Positions 38,098-51,334 of a DNA stretch of 64,000 nt are shown piece after piece. Under the pieces are notes generated by a model, which made no database searches, was not told the DNA's origin, and worked only from the letters and a program-made list of their open reading frames with translations. The position numbers and the translations under genes were made by a program. Position 1 is the first letter of the stretch, and each line of letters begins with the position of its first letter. This stretch comes from Selaginella moellendorffii (Eukaryota; Plantae; Lycopodiophyta), in the NCBI RefSeq assembly GCF_000143415.4, contig NW_003314266.1, positions 2,184,486 through 2,248,485 of the forward strand. Direction: 5' to 3'.

Positions 38098-39663
38098 CTA
38101 TCGAGCAGCGATGGATGGAAGAACCTTGGGTGACGAGGACAAGGTGGTGGAGTTAAACGCCTCGGCAACCTCTTGGACGCTCCACCCGGATCTCTTGAGC
38201 GAGTCGGAGAGCTCCTGGACTTTAAAAACGAGGCCTTGGATCACGGCTTGGCGGCTTTGCTTGTTACTGGGAACGATGGCGTTGGAGGAAGAACGCGAGA
38301 CTACTGGATCGTCGATGGGAGGAAGAACTATCATCTCGCAAATCTCGTCCTCCTTCCACCCCGCAATTCGCAGCCTTCCAGCCATGTCGTCGAGATATCC
38401 ATGGAGCCATTGCTGCTGCTCGCTCTGCATTGGAATGGATCGATCGACTTGCGGGCTCTTAGGTCGATCTGGAAGCGCAGCGATCGATGGATTGACTTGT
38501 GGCATAGCTGCGATCGATGGATTGACTTGTGGGCTCTTGGCTCGATCTGGTAGAGCTCCGATCGATGGAATTGGGGAAGAAACCACCACTTGGGCGCCAA
38601 GATTTGGAGCGATCGCTTTGGGCGAGCTCTGTGGCTTTGGATCGTCGAGCTGGGGCGCTTGGCCGCAGAGATCGCTCCAGAAATCGATGTGCTTGGGCTT
38701 CTTGGCGGCCCAGGCAGGGGCGGCCATGGTGAATCCAAGCAGAGATTCCAGAGCCACGCCCTTGGGATGATTCTTGCGACGAGACACCACATCCAAGCTC
38801 CGCCGCGGCGGCTCGGCGCTGCCCCCGCCGCCATTGCTGCTCCCGGTGCTCGAGACGCTCGGGCGAGGAGAGACCTCGGCGCTGCGCGTCCCAGCCATGG
38901 ATCTAGAGATCCCCTTCTTCCTCCGGAACGCGAAATCCAAGCTCCTCATCCCCCACAGCGAGGAAGAGGAGATCTTGTCCCTGTCCCCTCCATCGCTGGA
39001 TCTCCCCATTTTCATGGAGCCCATCAAGCACGAGGACGAGGAGCTCGAGTCCTCCTCGTCTAGCAGCCGCGAATTGGGATCTTCCTCCTGATCGCCATGG
39101 AAGACCTCGCGCTCGAAGAAATCCGCCACATCGTTCCCGACCACCGAGACCTCGCCCGATTGGACGAGTAGCACTGGGTTGCCAGCGCTGCCCGAGGATG
39201 GGATGTAGCAATTGCCATACACGGGCACTAGCGGCGCCACTCTCTCCAGCGCCGCCGCCGCCATGGCCGCCGCTTGCTCGCCGCCGCTGGGCCGATCGCC
39301 CCACTTGTCACACCAGAAGCGACTGCGCCGAACCTGGGCGCACAGATCCGCGAGGGGCTGCTGGATCCGGGCGCGCAGCGAAGCCGCGGGCTCGTGCCGC
39401 CAGTCCGGGAAGCTCGATCCGGCGGGGAGGCCCTCGGTGAGGATGGCGCGGAGGTCCGGCGGGAAGAGGAGGCCGAGCTGCGATTCCAGGTGGCCGAGCT
39501 CCGTCTCGGACAGCCCGGGCTCTACTCGGACACCGCAGCGGCGGAGATGGTCCATGAGAGATCGCGCGTAGGCCGCGAAGGAGAAGCAGCATTGGCGCCT
39601 GGGGGCTGCTGGGATCTGGCGCCGCCGGCTCTGCTGCTGCTGCTGCTGGCTATGGCTGCCCAT
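38098..39663 (-). CDS. Plant SMI1/KNR4-like domain protein, intronless
   Basis: Long GC-rich ORF with GLSETELGHLESQLGLLFPPDLRAILTEGLPAGSSFPDWR, APLVPVYGNCYIP, AGNPV and IDFWSD. First true ATG at 39663. Internal PQVNPSIAA repeats. Confidence 0.88.
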   Translation of the reverse strand: MGSHSQQQQQQSRRRQIPAAPRRQCCFSFAAYARSLMDHLRRCGVRVEPGLSETELGHLESQLGLLFPPDLRAILTEGLPAGSSFPDWRHEPAASLRARIQQPLADLCAQVRRSRFWCDKWGDRPSGGEQAAAMAAAALERVAPLVPVYGNCYIPSSGSAGNPVLLVQSGEVSVVGNDVADFFEREVFHGDQEEDPNSRLLDEEDSSSSSSCLMGSMKMGRSSDGGDRDKISSSSLWGMRSLDFAFRRKKGISRSMAGTRSAEVSPRPSVSSTGSSNGGGGSAEPPRRSLDVVSRRKNHPKGVALESLLGFTMAAPAWAAKKPKHIDFWSDLCGQAPQLDDPKPQSSPKAIAPNLGAQVVVSSPIPSIGALPDRAKSPQVNPSIAAMPQVNPSIAALPDRPKSPQVDRSIPMQSEQQQWLHGYLDDMAGRLRIAGWKEDEICEMIVLPPIDDPVVSRSSSNAIVPSNKQSRQAVIQGLVFKVQELSDSLKRSGWSVQEVAEAFNSTTLSSSPKVLPSIAAR

Positions 39664-42519
39664 TTCGATCGATCGGACGAGAAATCTCTCCCTTTCTTTG
39701 CTTCCCTTGCTTGTTCTTGGATCAACCAATCAATCTCTTTCACCTCTTCCTCTTCGTCGCAGCTTTAAAGGATTTAGATCCACAGGGACATTCGAGCTAG
39801 AAATCATCAAACATAAATCTCTGACCACTCCAGAATCGAGTGATTGATTGACCGACCGCCTTCGCAACTCCTTACAAGAACCAAAAATTCCTCTTTTTCT
39901 CTCTCGCTACGAGCTCGAGACTATAAAGATTTGGCGAGATTTGATGATACAGCACACCACCATGGCCAGGACCACCACACTGGTGAGATTCTTTCTCCTA
40001 GGCAGGCAGGCCGCTACAACGAATCTTAAATGGCACCAAATGGAAGCCAAAGAGAGCAAGCAAAAAGAAAAAAAGAAATTCTCTTGTTCTTCGAGGAGCC
40101 CTTTGACTACGTGACAACGAGAAAGAGAAGAAACCCTTTTTGCTTGCCTCTCGCTTCGCTTTCTTCCGCGAGCCTTTTATACGCGAGAACCACTGTAGAC
40201 ACATTACAATAACATTGTGATTGATAATTAGACTAGATCAGAAGAAACCATGGGAGCTATAGTTTAATCGATTCAATCAGGGAAACCCAAAAAGCAGCGG
40301 ACAAGCTTCTGAAAGCCTCTGTAGTTATGCCTCCCATGACAGGGATTGATTGAGAGGGCATTGCTGTGCGGCCGTCCAGCACAAAAGAGAAGGGGCATAT
40401 GTTCGTTTCAGAAGATTGCCGTTTGGTGAGGGGATCATCCGCCTCTCTCTCAATCGCAAGAAAACGCGAAAGAAAGGAAAAAAGGTGGCGAAGTTGTTTT
40501 CGGTTGGACGATCCAAAATTGTTCAGATCCGAAAATGTTTGAGTAGAATTGAAAAGCTTCGGTTGACATGAGTAAAAAATCACACCAAAACTGCATGTGC
40601 ATGAGTAAAATTTCATGAACACAAGTTGAACTTCACTTTGGCTCTTCAGGTTCAACTTGCTTGTACAGCTTGAACGTACATATACTGGGCGTACTGTGTC
40701 CGCGTATGCGTAATTTGGCGGTTAGAGACTCGGTCCAGTCCAGTCCAGGCCCAGTCTCCAGGTCCTTGGCAGTCAAAATGAAACAGAGGGCCGCGATTTG
40801 ATTGCCAGCCGCCGACGGACGGTGGGATGGGCGTTTTAATTGCTGTGTTTCTGGTAAGATATATGGCAGGAAAATAAATGCCCTTTCGGAGGTCAGATAC
40901 CAAGTTTCGAGGGAGAGTTACGCATGGATACCTCTAGAGAGGTTATGGATTTTCGTGCGCTAGCATTCAGTCCTACAATGATTGCCTTTGCATGGACCGC
41001 GGCTCTTGGCTCAGACTCCATCCAACCTCACAAGGTTCCCAGCATTTGTAACCAATATCAAATGTGCTTTTAGTAATTTGTTACAACTTCTCCTCCTTTT
41101 ACTTTGCCTTGAAGCACGATGAATCAGAGAGTCTGATAGTTGCGTTGCGTGTCATCCCCCAATTTCATAATTTAGGACCTTTTGGGGAGGAGGATACATA
41201 GCTATCCAAATGTATGCGATCTATAAATCTTCTCCACTTCAGAGTCACGAGGGTGACATATGACGGTGGCAGGCAGGCATCCCCAAAACTTTTTCAAGAG
41301 ATTTTTTCTTTCGAAGCTCATGAATATTGCAAATCAGACACTGGCATGTGGTCAACCATACCTTGCCATGTGAAGTCAAAGTTTCGTTCTTCCTTTTTTC
41401 TTGCTTGGAATTTTTTGTTTTTCCTTCCAATCCATGAAGCCAGGAAAACGAGTATTAATTTCCAGGATGGATCAAGCTAGAGCAAAACAAGTGGCGCATT
41501 GAAAGTCGCAGTCACAAAGACTTCTCGAGCCTCCAATCCAGAGAGAACCATCGCTGCAATCACTCCAAAGTTTTGTTCTGGAAGCCGTCTCAGACCAAAC
41601 GAGCAAGACTCTATGGACAATCTTTCGCAGTTGTCTATCAACTTCCTGGGAAGAAAATAATGGCTGGGCCAAGAAAATAACACCGAAACTCGTGTCGTGT
41701 AACGTAAGAAGCACGGAGAGGAAAATTAAAGCACAAGGCTGAGTCACTTTCGTGGTCCCAAGTTCCAAATAATCTTCTTGGATTTACACTAGTTTGCAGA
41801 ACTAATGTGAACAAGTTCCAAGTTGTGATTCTAAAACTATCTATCTATTTATATATATATGCTATTTTGATAGTCTTGCGGTGCCAACTCCTATGAAGTT
41901 GGATTATCATTGCCGAGAAAAAAAGAAATATATTAGACCGAAAAAGAAAAAACTTACCTAGAAATGAAAAATCAAGGAACAAGCATCACGTCTGTGTCTC
42001 TTGATACCACCTAAAGTTGCTGTGGTGGGATATTTTTCTCTGGCAGCAGTCATTGGTAGCAGCAGTTGGAATGGCTCCACTCCAAATTATCTTCAAAGTT
42101 CCTTTGGATTTTTGTTGTCCTCAGTTTCGTTGGATGATAACACAAACTCTTGAACATGGAATTGAGTTTAAGTTCTGAAGGTAGCTAATATATCCTCCAA
42201 GTGGTCTTATGCCTCCAGATGGTAACCCAGAGATCCAAACAGATCTCATGAGCTGTACTGGATTGAATCATGAGGAAAGAGAGAAGAATAAGGAGAAAGA
42301 AAGAAGAAGAGAAAGAACTATGGTAAAAACCCTAGCTTCCTATGCTTCCTTCGTCCAAATGCCAATAGAGATGCCCCAAAAACATGTATTATATTTGGCT
42401 ACGTTATGTTTATTGATAGGATGACTAACACCTTTGAATCATCAGCAAGTTCAAGGATGTAGTCATCATTTTCCTTCAGCAATTTTCCATACCCTCAAGA
42501 AATTATCTCCATGGTCAGT

Positions 42520-43900
42520 GTGCTGGCACCGGTTTAGGGTTGGAAAACTTGGACACATTTCCACGTTGAGTCAGCACGATGTAGTAACTTCCATCGATCT
42601 CAAATTTGGGAGTGTCTGAGACGACGAGATTGCCGTTGTCTTTGTGGCCAAGTAGTAATCCTTGTTGGGAGATCTTATGCAAGTGTCCGAGTACATTTTG
42701 AAGTATTCTTCGAGACGATCAATGATGTGGAAGCTGCAAGTTAAGACAAAAGAAAGTTGAGAGACTCGAAAACATCAAATTGGAATTCTAAAGCTAGAAA
42801 CTGACATATGAATATCTTGCATGAAGTCGTTCTGAAGCTTAACCCATGCATTGGCCCTGTGATCGACAACTAGTTTGTAGTTGGAATCTTGGGGCAAAGG
42901 TTTTCCCAGTGTTTCTGCTGGCTTTTCCTTATACGACTTGACAACTTGCCCCAGAGATGTCAATGTGATGCACCAGTTCCAGAGGCCTTGGCACCTGGAG
43001 GATGATTGAACACCTTGAAATCGCCACTTTCATCGTCAAGCAGCAGATAAAACTCTCTTCTCACAGAGCGAATGCGCTGATCGGGGAACATCTTCTCATT
43101 CACTCTCAGCTCAAACATTCATTGCTCATGGCTCTTGAACGCTCTCTCACACTGCAATATCCTCTTATAGAACAGCAGATTTTTAAAGAGGGGAAAGACA
43201 TCTATGCCGGACAATCATAGTGACCAGTTTGGTGGTGGCATTTACGAAATGAACGGTGGTCTAGCTCAAAGCTGGCAGATTCAGGAATTTGCTCAAATCC
43301 ACGTGCAAGAACACTTGATTTCCTTGCAGAGCCCCATGAACTTGCAGAGATATCATGCAAGCAGTTCTCTTGACCCCGAAAACGTAGGCTTCTATCCAAC
43401 AAAATCATTATTCTTAGTATATAAACAAGATCAAAGAAGTGCCCATCCCAGCCCAGATCAATATCAGCAAATCTCATTCCGCATTTCTGCACTTGTAATG
43501 GCTCAGATGGTGAGGATCCAAGAGCAGAAGTGCTCCCGGGGAAAGAAATCTACTGTGCGAAGGCAGCACAGGGTGGTTAAAAAAACATTGACAAGGTGTT
43601 GTAACTTGTACGAGCTGTCCGAAGGCTACAAAATGTACTCTAATGTTTGCATCGGCTCCGACTCAGAGGTCTACTACATGGTGCTTGCCAAAGATGGTGG
43701 CAAAACCCAAATCCAGGGAACTCCAACGGGCGAAGGGGACGTACTACCTTACGGTGAATTCGCGAGGCCAGCTTGTGAGGACCAACGAGAGTGATGGGAA
43801 CTCTCAGACCAAGGGCGAGAGCGATGACTATGTTCTTACTGTCTACGCCGGGATCGGTGATGGAACCAACAAGCAGAAGATTGATCTTCCATGGGTTTAA
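42520..43900. pseudogene. Decayed repeat-containing gene with bulb-type (beta-prism II) lectin-like modules; the 42520-42960 segment is inverted relative to 43060-43900
   Basis: Recurrent module L.EG.KMYS..CI.S....YY....KD.G.L, plus YYLTVN.RGQLV and YVLTVY. Frameshifts and stops present. Confidence 0.45.
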
Positions 43901-44147
43901 ACACTTCTGGCCTTGGTTTTATGCTATGATGCTGGTTGCTTTCTGCCTGGAAGCAGGCAGATCCATAGTAACTAAATAAAAAATCCAGTGTTTTATGCGC
44001 TTGAGATCTTCATAACATGTAATCGAGTTTGCAAAACCTGGTCCAGTTTTTCTCCTTAGCTGAGATGTATAATTTTTTGTTCTTGATTTCTTGTAAATGT
44101 GGACATTTGATCGTCATGTCTCTTCCAGGATTTCCACTTTCTCGATT

Positions 44148-47100
44148 GATCCGAGAGGCTGCTGGACCTGCGCCCAGCGATGCCACAGGCCCCGGGAAGC
44201 TCGATCCGGCGGGGAGCCCCTCGGTGAGGATGGCGCGGAGGTCGGAGGCCGAGCTGCGATTCAAGGTGGCCGGGCTCCATCTCGGACAGCCCGGGCTCTA
44301 CTCGGACACCGCAGCGGCGGAGATGGTCCATGAGAGATCGCGCGTAGGCCGCGAAGGAGAAGCAGCATTGGCGCCTGAGGGCTGCTGGGATCTGGTGCCG
44401 CGGCTCTGGTGCTGCGCTGGCTATGGCTGCCCATTTCGATCGATCGGACGAGAAATCTCTCCCTTTCTTCGCTTCCCTTGCTTGTTCTTGGATCAACCAA
44501 TCAATCTCTTTCACCTCTTCCTCTTCGTCGCAGCTTTAAAGGATTTAGATCCACAGGGACATTCGAGCTAGAAATCATCAAACATAAATCTCTGACCACT
44601 CCAGAATCGAGTGATTGATTGACCGACCACCTTCGCAACTCCTTACAAGAACCAAAAATTCCTCTTTTTCTCCCTCGCTACGAGCTCGAGACTATAAAGA
44701 TTTGGCGAGATTTGATGATACAAGCACACCACCATGGCCAGGACCACCACACTGGTGAGATTCTTTCTCCTAGGCAGGCAGGCCGCTACAACGAATCTTA
44801 AATGGCACCAAATGGAAGCCAAAGAGAGCAAGCAAAAAGAAAAAAAGAAATTCTCTTGTTCTTCGAGGAGCCCTTTGACTACGTGACAACGAGAAAGAGA
44901 AGAAACCCTTTTTGATTGCCTCTCCCTTCGCTTTCTCCTTTTATACGCGAGAACCACTGTAGCGATTGATAATTAGACTAGATCAGACGAAACCATGGGA
45001 GCTATAGTTTAATCGATTCAATCAGGGAAACCCAAAAAGCAGCGGACAGGCTTCTGAGAGCCTCTGTAGTTATGCCTCTCATGACAGGGATTGATTGAGA
45101 GGGCATTGCTGTGCGACCGTCCAGCATAAAAGAGAAGGGGCATGTGTTCGTCTCAGAAGCTTGCCGTTTTATGAGGGGATCATCCGCCTGTCTCTCAATC
45201 ACAAGAAAATGCGAAAGAAAGGAAAAAGGTGGCGAAGTTGTTTTCGGTTGGACGATCCAAAATTGTTCGGATCTGAAAATGTTTGAGTAAAATTGAAAAG
45301 CTTTGGTTGACATGAGTAAAAAATCACACCAAAACTGCATGTGAATGAGCAAAATTTCATGAACACAAGTTGAACTTCACTTTGGCTCTTCAGGTTCAAC
45401 TTGCTTGAACGTACATATAATGGGAGTACGGTGTCCGCGTATGCGTAATTTGGCGGTTAGAGACTCGGTCCAGCCATTCTCACCAAGCAGAAGAAGGTCC
45501 TTGGCAGTCAAAATGAAACAGAGGGCCGTGATTTGATTGCCAGCTGCCGACGGACGGTGGGATGGGCGTTTGAATTGCTCTGTTTCTGGTAAGATATATG
45601 GCAGGAAAATAAATGCCCGCTAGGAAGTCAGATACCAAGTCTCGAGGGAGAGAGAGGTTATGGATTTTCGTACCCTAGCATTTAATCCCACAATGATTGA
45701 CTTTGCGTGGACTGCTGCTCGCTGCTCAATCGATCCATCCAGACTCCAGTTTGTTATTGTTTCTTTGGAACTTTGTGGATCGATACATTGTTCCCAGCAT
45801 TTGTAACCAAATGTGCTTTGAGTAATTTGTTTCAACTTCTCCTTCTTTTACTTTTCCTTGAAGCACGATGAATCAGAGAGTCTGATAGTTGCGTTGCGTG
45901 TCATCCCCATTTCCATAATTTCCGACCTTTTGGGGAGGAGGATACATAGCTCTCTAACCCCTTCAAGAAATTATTCCATGATCAGTGTGCTGGTACTTGG
46001 ACACATTTCTGTAGTAACTTCCATCGATCTCAAATTTGGGAGTGTCTGAGACGACGAGGTTGCCATTGTCTTTACAGATGGCCAAGTAGTAATCCTTGTT
46101 GGGAGATCTTATGCAAGTGTCCGAGTACATTTTGAAGCATTCTTCGAGACGATCAAAGACTTTGAAGCTGAAGTCATTCTGAAGCTTAACCCATGCATTG
46201 GCCCTGTGATCAAGAACTAGTTTATAGTTGGAAACTTGGCAGAGCGAATGCACTGATCGGGGAACATTTTCTCATTCACTCTCAGCTCAAACATTATCTT
46301 GAAAGCTCTCTCACACTGCAATATCCTCTTATAGAACACCAGGTTTTTATAGAGGGGAAAGGAATCCATGCCGGACAATCTCGAGGCAGGTTTGTAATAG
46401 TGACCAGTTTGGTGGTGGGCATTTACGAAATGAACGGTGGTCGAGTTCAAAGCTGGCAGATCAGGAAATCCAAGTGCAAGAACACTCGATTTCCTTGTAT
46501 GAACTTGCAGAGGTAAAGCCTCACTCTGCCTTCAGATCAATATCAGTAAATCTCATTCCGCATTTCTGCACTTGTAATGGCTCAGATAGTGAGGATCCAG
46601 GAGCTCAAGGATGCGGAATTGCTCCCTGGGAAACAAATCTACTGTGCAAAGGCAGCGGCACAGGGCAATAACAAGGTGCTGTTGCTCGAAGGCTACAAAA
46701 TGTGGAGGTCTACTACATGGTGCTTGCCAAAGATGGTGGCAAATCCCAAATCCAGGGAACTCCAACGGGCGAGCCCAAGGGGACGTACTACCTTACGGTG
46801 AATCCGCGAGGTCAGCTTGTGAGGACCAACGAGAGTGATCAGAAATCTCAGACCAAGGGCTCGCGCCTGGCTCAGAGAGATGACTATGTTCTTACTGTCT
46901 ACGCCGACGGGACGCTGCTGGAAGAATGTGTGGGTGGCGAGCACGAGAGCGCTGCGAATGCGAGCGACGGACGATATCTGCAAAACGCGGAGTATAGATG
47001 ACTACATCCTAGTTGCCATAGCTTAGAGGACAGATAAGAAGCTCATCCACACCGATTCCGGGACTGCTTGGATCAGTGATGGAACCAACAAGCAGAAGAT

Positions 47101-47195
47101 TGATCTTCCATGGGTTTAAACACTTATGGCCTTGGCTTTATGCTATGATGCTGGTTGCTTTCTGCCTGGAAGCAGGCAGATCCATAGTAACTAAA
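44148..47195 (+). repeat. Direct segmental duplication of ~39345-41190 and ~42510-43975, including a truncated SMI1/KNR4 5' pseudogene (44148-44434, minus) and a second lectin-like pseudogene
   Basis: Near-identical long stretches, e.g. 39661-40190 vs 44432-44960 and 42580-42720 vs 46010-46155, with many small deletions. Confidence 0.93.
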
Positions 47196-49300
47196 TGTTA
47201 TGATAGTGTTGCTAAAGAGATCCACTGCGCAAACGTAGTGATCCAGCACAGATTCCACCCAGAAATCTCCGCTCGTCGATGTAAAACACTTCCAAGCATC
47301 GTGGAGGCTCCCGTTTGTGAAACAGGAAATTGACAATCCTGGCGATCGACCGCTCGATCCCGATGCCTGTGCTGGGCATATGCGGCCACCATAGCTGTCC
47401 ATGCTTGTAATGACGAGCTCGATCAAAGGCTATGCTTGCGCTATATAACCAATGCCCATGACAACGACGGCGACCTCTCAGCCGAAAATGTATAGCAACT
47501 GCCAGATCGGCGGTCCCCGTCTTCGCGCGCCTCAAACAGAAACGCTTTCTCGTGGAATCTGGCGATCGCGGCGTGTGGCGGCGTGGTTGTTGTGGCGGTC
47601 TTGCCATGGGGCTTTACCGATCGGTGCTCCTCGAGGGCCAATTGCCGGACAATGTCACGTTCGTCAATCTTCTAGCCGGGCGCCGTAGATCGCTGGATCG
47701 ATCCACGAGCACAGATCGACTGGCGAGGAAAGACACTACATGCCGAAGATGCAGCGGCCAAATCCAGTCAACTCCCTCCGCCAAGAAGTTCGAAGATCGC
47801 AAGAGGATCTTCAAACGCGAGCGCGAAGGTTCGTATTACCTCATGGTGAATGCGCGAGGCCTGCTTCGAGCATAAAACAACATTGATGTTTAAGCCCATA
47901 GGACATAGGTAACGCTCTCAGATGTCTTATCGCTCTCGTTGGTCCTCACAAGCAGATCCATAGTAACTAAATATAAAATCCAGTGTTTTATGCGCTCTAG
48001 ATCTTTATAACATGTATTCGAGCTTGGTAAAATTGCAAAACCAATGTGGTCCAATTTTTCTCCTTAGCTGATTTCGTCATTTGGCAACGCGAGGATGGAT
48101 CTCCTTTTCTTTTTTCTTTTCTTCTATTCTTGGATTCCTGCACAAGCGTTTTGATCTTGTTTCTGTAGTGATAAGAGATAAACTATGTGTTCTTGTAATG
48201 TGGACACAAATCGTTTTGATCGTCATTTCTCTTCCAGGCTTCAATGTAAGAATTTGCATTTCCTCAACGTTTTTGAGCTGACTGTTCGCTCCTTGAACTT
48301 GAGAAAAAAAAAAAAGGGCGAAAAAATTGTTCCATGTACATTGTAAAACTTCAATGCTAAACAAGCACCACAGTTGAAAGCTTTGACAGGATATTGGTAC
48401 TGCGAGATTCTTTGTTGTCCAGCTAGAGTAGAGATCCTATTTGCATTTGCATTTATCTCCCCAGCCATTAGTTTTTTTCTTTGTGTGTGTGTCAACTTAT
48501 CTTAGTTGATCGATTTGTGGTTGGGCTGTAGATGCTCCGCAAGCTCCACAAAGCCACAAGTGACAAGTACACCGATGGGGAGGAAAAAAACAACAAGTAA
48601 AAAGAAAAATCGTAAATCTTCTTCCCTGGCAATGGTGGAAGGTCCGTGACTGGTGAGACATAGCTCCTTTCGGTGAGTAGTTTCCACCCCAAAGAGGCAA
48701 GACAAGTTTTCAGGCGGGCGGTTCATGGCCCTATCAACGATATGAATCGCATGCCCAAAAACTTGTCTTGCCTCTCTGGGGTGGAAACTACTCACCGATT
48801 CATATCCTTGATAGGGCCATGAACCGCCAAGAAGCGCTTGGGCTTCTTGGTGGCCCAGGCAGGGGCGGCCATGGTGAATCCAAGGATGATTCTTGCGACG
48901 AGACACCACTCCAAGCTCCGCCGCTCCCGGTGCTCGAGGCGCTGCGAGATTCCTAGCTCCTGGCTGGGAGGGAGAAGTCGGCTCCTGATCGCTGGATCTC
49001 GGAGGAGGAGCTCCGAGTCCTCTTCGTGTCGCGAATATCGGGACAGCGAATTGCACTCATCTTCTCATCCACTCTCAAAGACTACATTGCTCATGACTCA
49101 CTGCAAACAGCGAAAGGCACTCGACGCACGTGTTCAATAGCGACCAAGCTTTGGTGGTGGGCATTTTCGAAAGAAATGGTGGTGCTGGCAGAGATTCAGG
49201 AATCACCTCAAATCCAAAAGCAAGAACACTGAGTTCCTTTTCCTTGCACAGACCTGATTGTGATGATAATACAAAGGCTTGCACCTTCTTTGGGGCGCTT
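47196..49300. other. Mosaic of short fragments of neighbouring loci (PPR in both orientations, upstream DNA of the Zn-finger gene, SMI1/KNR4, lectin-like)
   Basis: 47206-47460 matches the reverse complement of ~53990-54290; 47480-47700 matches ~53350-53565; 48200-48660 matches ~49985-50575; 48830-49040 matches ~38690-39075; 49055-49255 matches ~43085-43330. Confidence 0.85.
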
Positions 49301-51334
49301 TCTATCGAAACCTGCTCACACAGACAGACACAGAGAGAGAGAGAGAGAGAGAGGTGTGCTGCGTTGTGGCGGTCAGCAGAATCATTCTTCTTGGTATAAA
49401 AGCTGAAACGAGATCAAAAAAGTAAATCTCATTCTTCCGAGTCAAAACAATTGTGCAATTGATCTTCCATGGGCTTAAATGCAAGCTTGATAGATTATAT
49501 TGCTAATCTGGCTTTTGCTCAAAATGCACATCCTGGCAAATTAGTTATATTTTCCTCCAGTTTTAATGTCATGTAACAAAATTATCAAGATGCCATAACA
49601 ATAGTTATTCATTATTCAAAATCAGATCAATCTTAAATGGCTAAATAACACTTGATTGGGATGAATAATCAAATATTTTGAATATTTGATATGTTTTAGC
49701 CCCTGAAGCTATTTGGCAGTTGTTTAAATTCAAATTGCATGGTTGTTTGCAAGCTATAATACGTTTACTTGTTCACCTACTAAATTTTAAAATGTTTATT
49801 TTACTGGAAGTAGGCAGATCCATAGTATCTAAATAAAAAATGCTAGTATTGATAATTTCTGCAAAGTAAAAATGCAAAAAACTCCTTAGGGTTTCCTCGG
49901 ATTCTTGATCAGGCTGGGCTCCCTTTGTTTTGGACTGGTGCGTCGCAGTGGAATGTTTTTTCGTTTTCTAGCTCATTTGCCAGAGTCGTTTTGATCGTCA
50001 TTTCTATTCCAGTCTTTCAGCGTAAGAATTTGCACTTCCTCGACGTTTTTGTGCCGATTGCTCGCCACACCTGGTTTCCAGACAAGAAAAAAAAGGAAAG
50101 AAAAAATGTTCCATCTACCATTGTAGAGATTGAGAGCACATCAATCCTGTCAAAGTTTTCTATTTCCTTCAAACTGAAAGCCACTAAAATCTTGTTACCT
50201 ACAGAAGCAGCAGGGGGCACGGATTGGAGCTGTGATTCAAATCGCCAAAGGTGGTGCTTGTTTGGCATGTTGGTGCGGCGAGAATCTTTGTTGTCCAGGT
50301 AGAGTAGAGATTTTATTTGCATTTGCATTTATATCCCCGACCATTAGTTCGTTTTTCTTTCTCCTGTGTGTCAACTTATCCTAGTTGATCGATTTGTGGT
50401 TTGTTTTCTTGGACAGGGTGGGCCGTGGCAAGCTCGATAGAGACACAGTGACAGGCACACGGATGGGAAAAAAAAAAGGAAAATAGAAAAAGAAAAAATC
50501 TAAACTTGTTCCAAAGTGGTTGCCAAATCTTCTTCCCTTGCAATGGTTTTTGCTTTTGGAGGTCCGTGACTGGTGAGCTTTCCTCTCCTCTTCCTTTCTC
50601 TTTTATGTTGGATTTGATACGATTGGCTTCTCTTTGCCAAGGTCGGGTGGCCAGTGACAGCGCAAAATTACTAGACGAACTTTGGGATGGGAAAAAGGAG
50701 AAGGAGGAATCGAAAGGATGGAACTATGGCAGAAAACTAAAGGTAAGTTAAGTTTGCTTCTTCCATTGACTATAGCTTTCTCTCACGCGTGTGCTCTACA
50801 GGGAGAAAAAATGAATACCAAAAAGCAAAACGAGAGGAAAAAACTGTTTTTGGGGACCCAGCTCCATTGACCTCTTACAAACAGGCAAGTGAGGTATTTA
50901 TATGTGTATTTCCGATTTTTTCTGGTTTTTTTTACTGAGCTTGGGGACATATACACCCCCCACTTTGGCTTCTTTTCTAAAAAAGGGCATCACATCACAG
51001 CACACGCACACACACAAGCATTCTCCATCCATCGCCTTTCTCCTTCTTGAATGGCACCAAACTGGTGTAAGTTGTGGGAGGCGAAGATCTTGCCTGGTGA
51101 TTCCAAAAGCTTGTAGCGCCAGTCCCTCGCTCGAATTTAATTTGCTCTATCCGGGAAATCTTTTGTCCTTGGAGCCAAGGCGGGAGATCACACAAGCTTC
51201 AAAGGGTAAGAACTCATTATCTCATTTCTCACTCCATACACAATCTTTCTTCGTTTTTCCTCTTTTTTCCTTGTTGTGCTTCGTCCAGGAGCGGCAGGGA
51301 GAGGAATTCAAGCTTGGAAGCTCCGAGATCTACC

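Noticed and set aside
38111-39768. Many overlapping alternative-frame and antisense ORFs
   Set aside because: Shadow ORFs of a GC-rich CDS. The same applies to 53246-54079 and 54600-55322.
41800-42450. Possible minus-strand gene fragment with a telo-box
   Set aside because: No sustained reading frame or recognisable motif.
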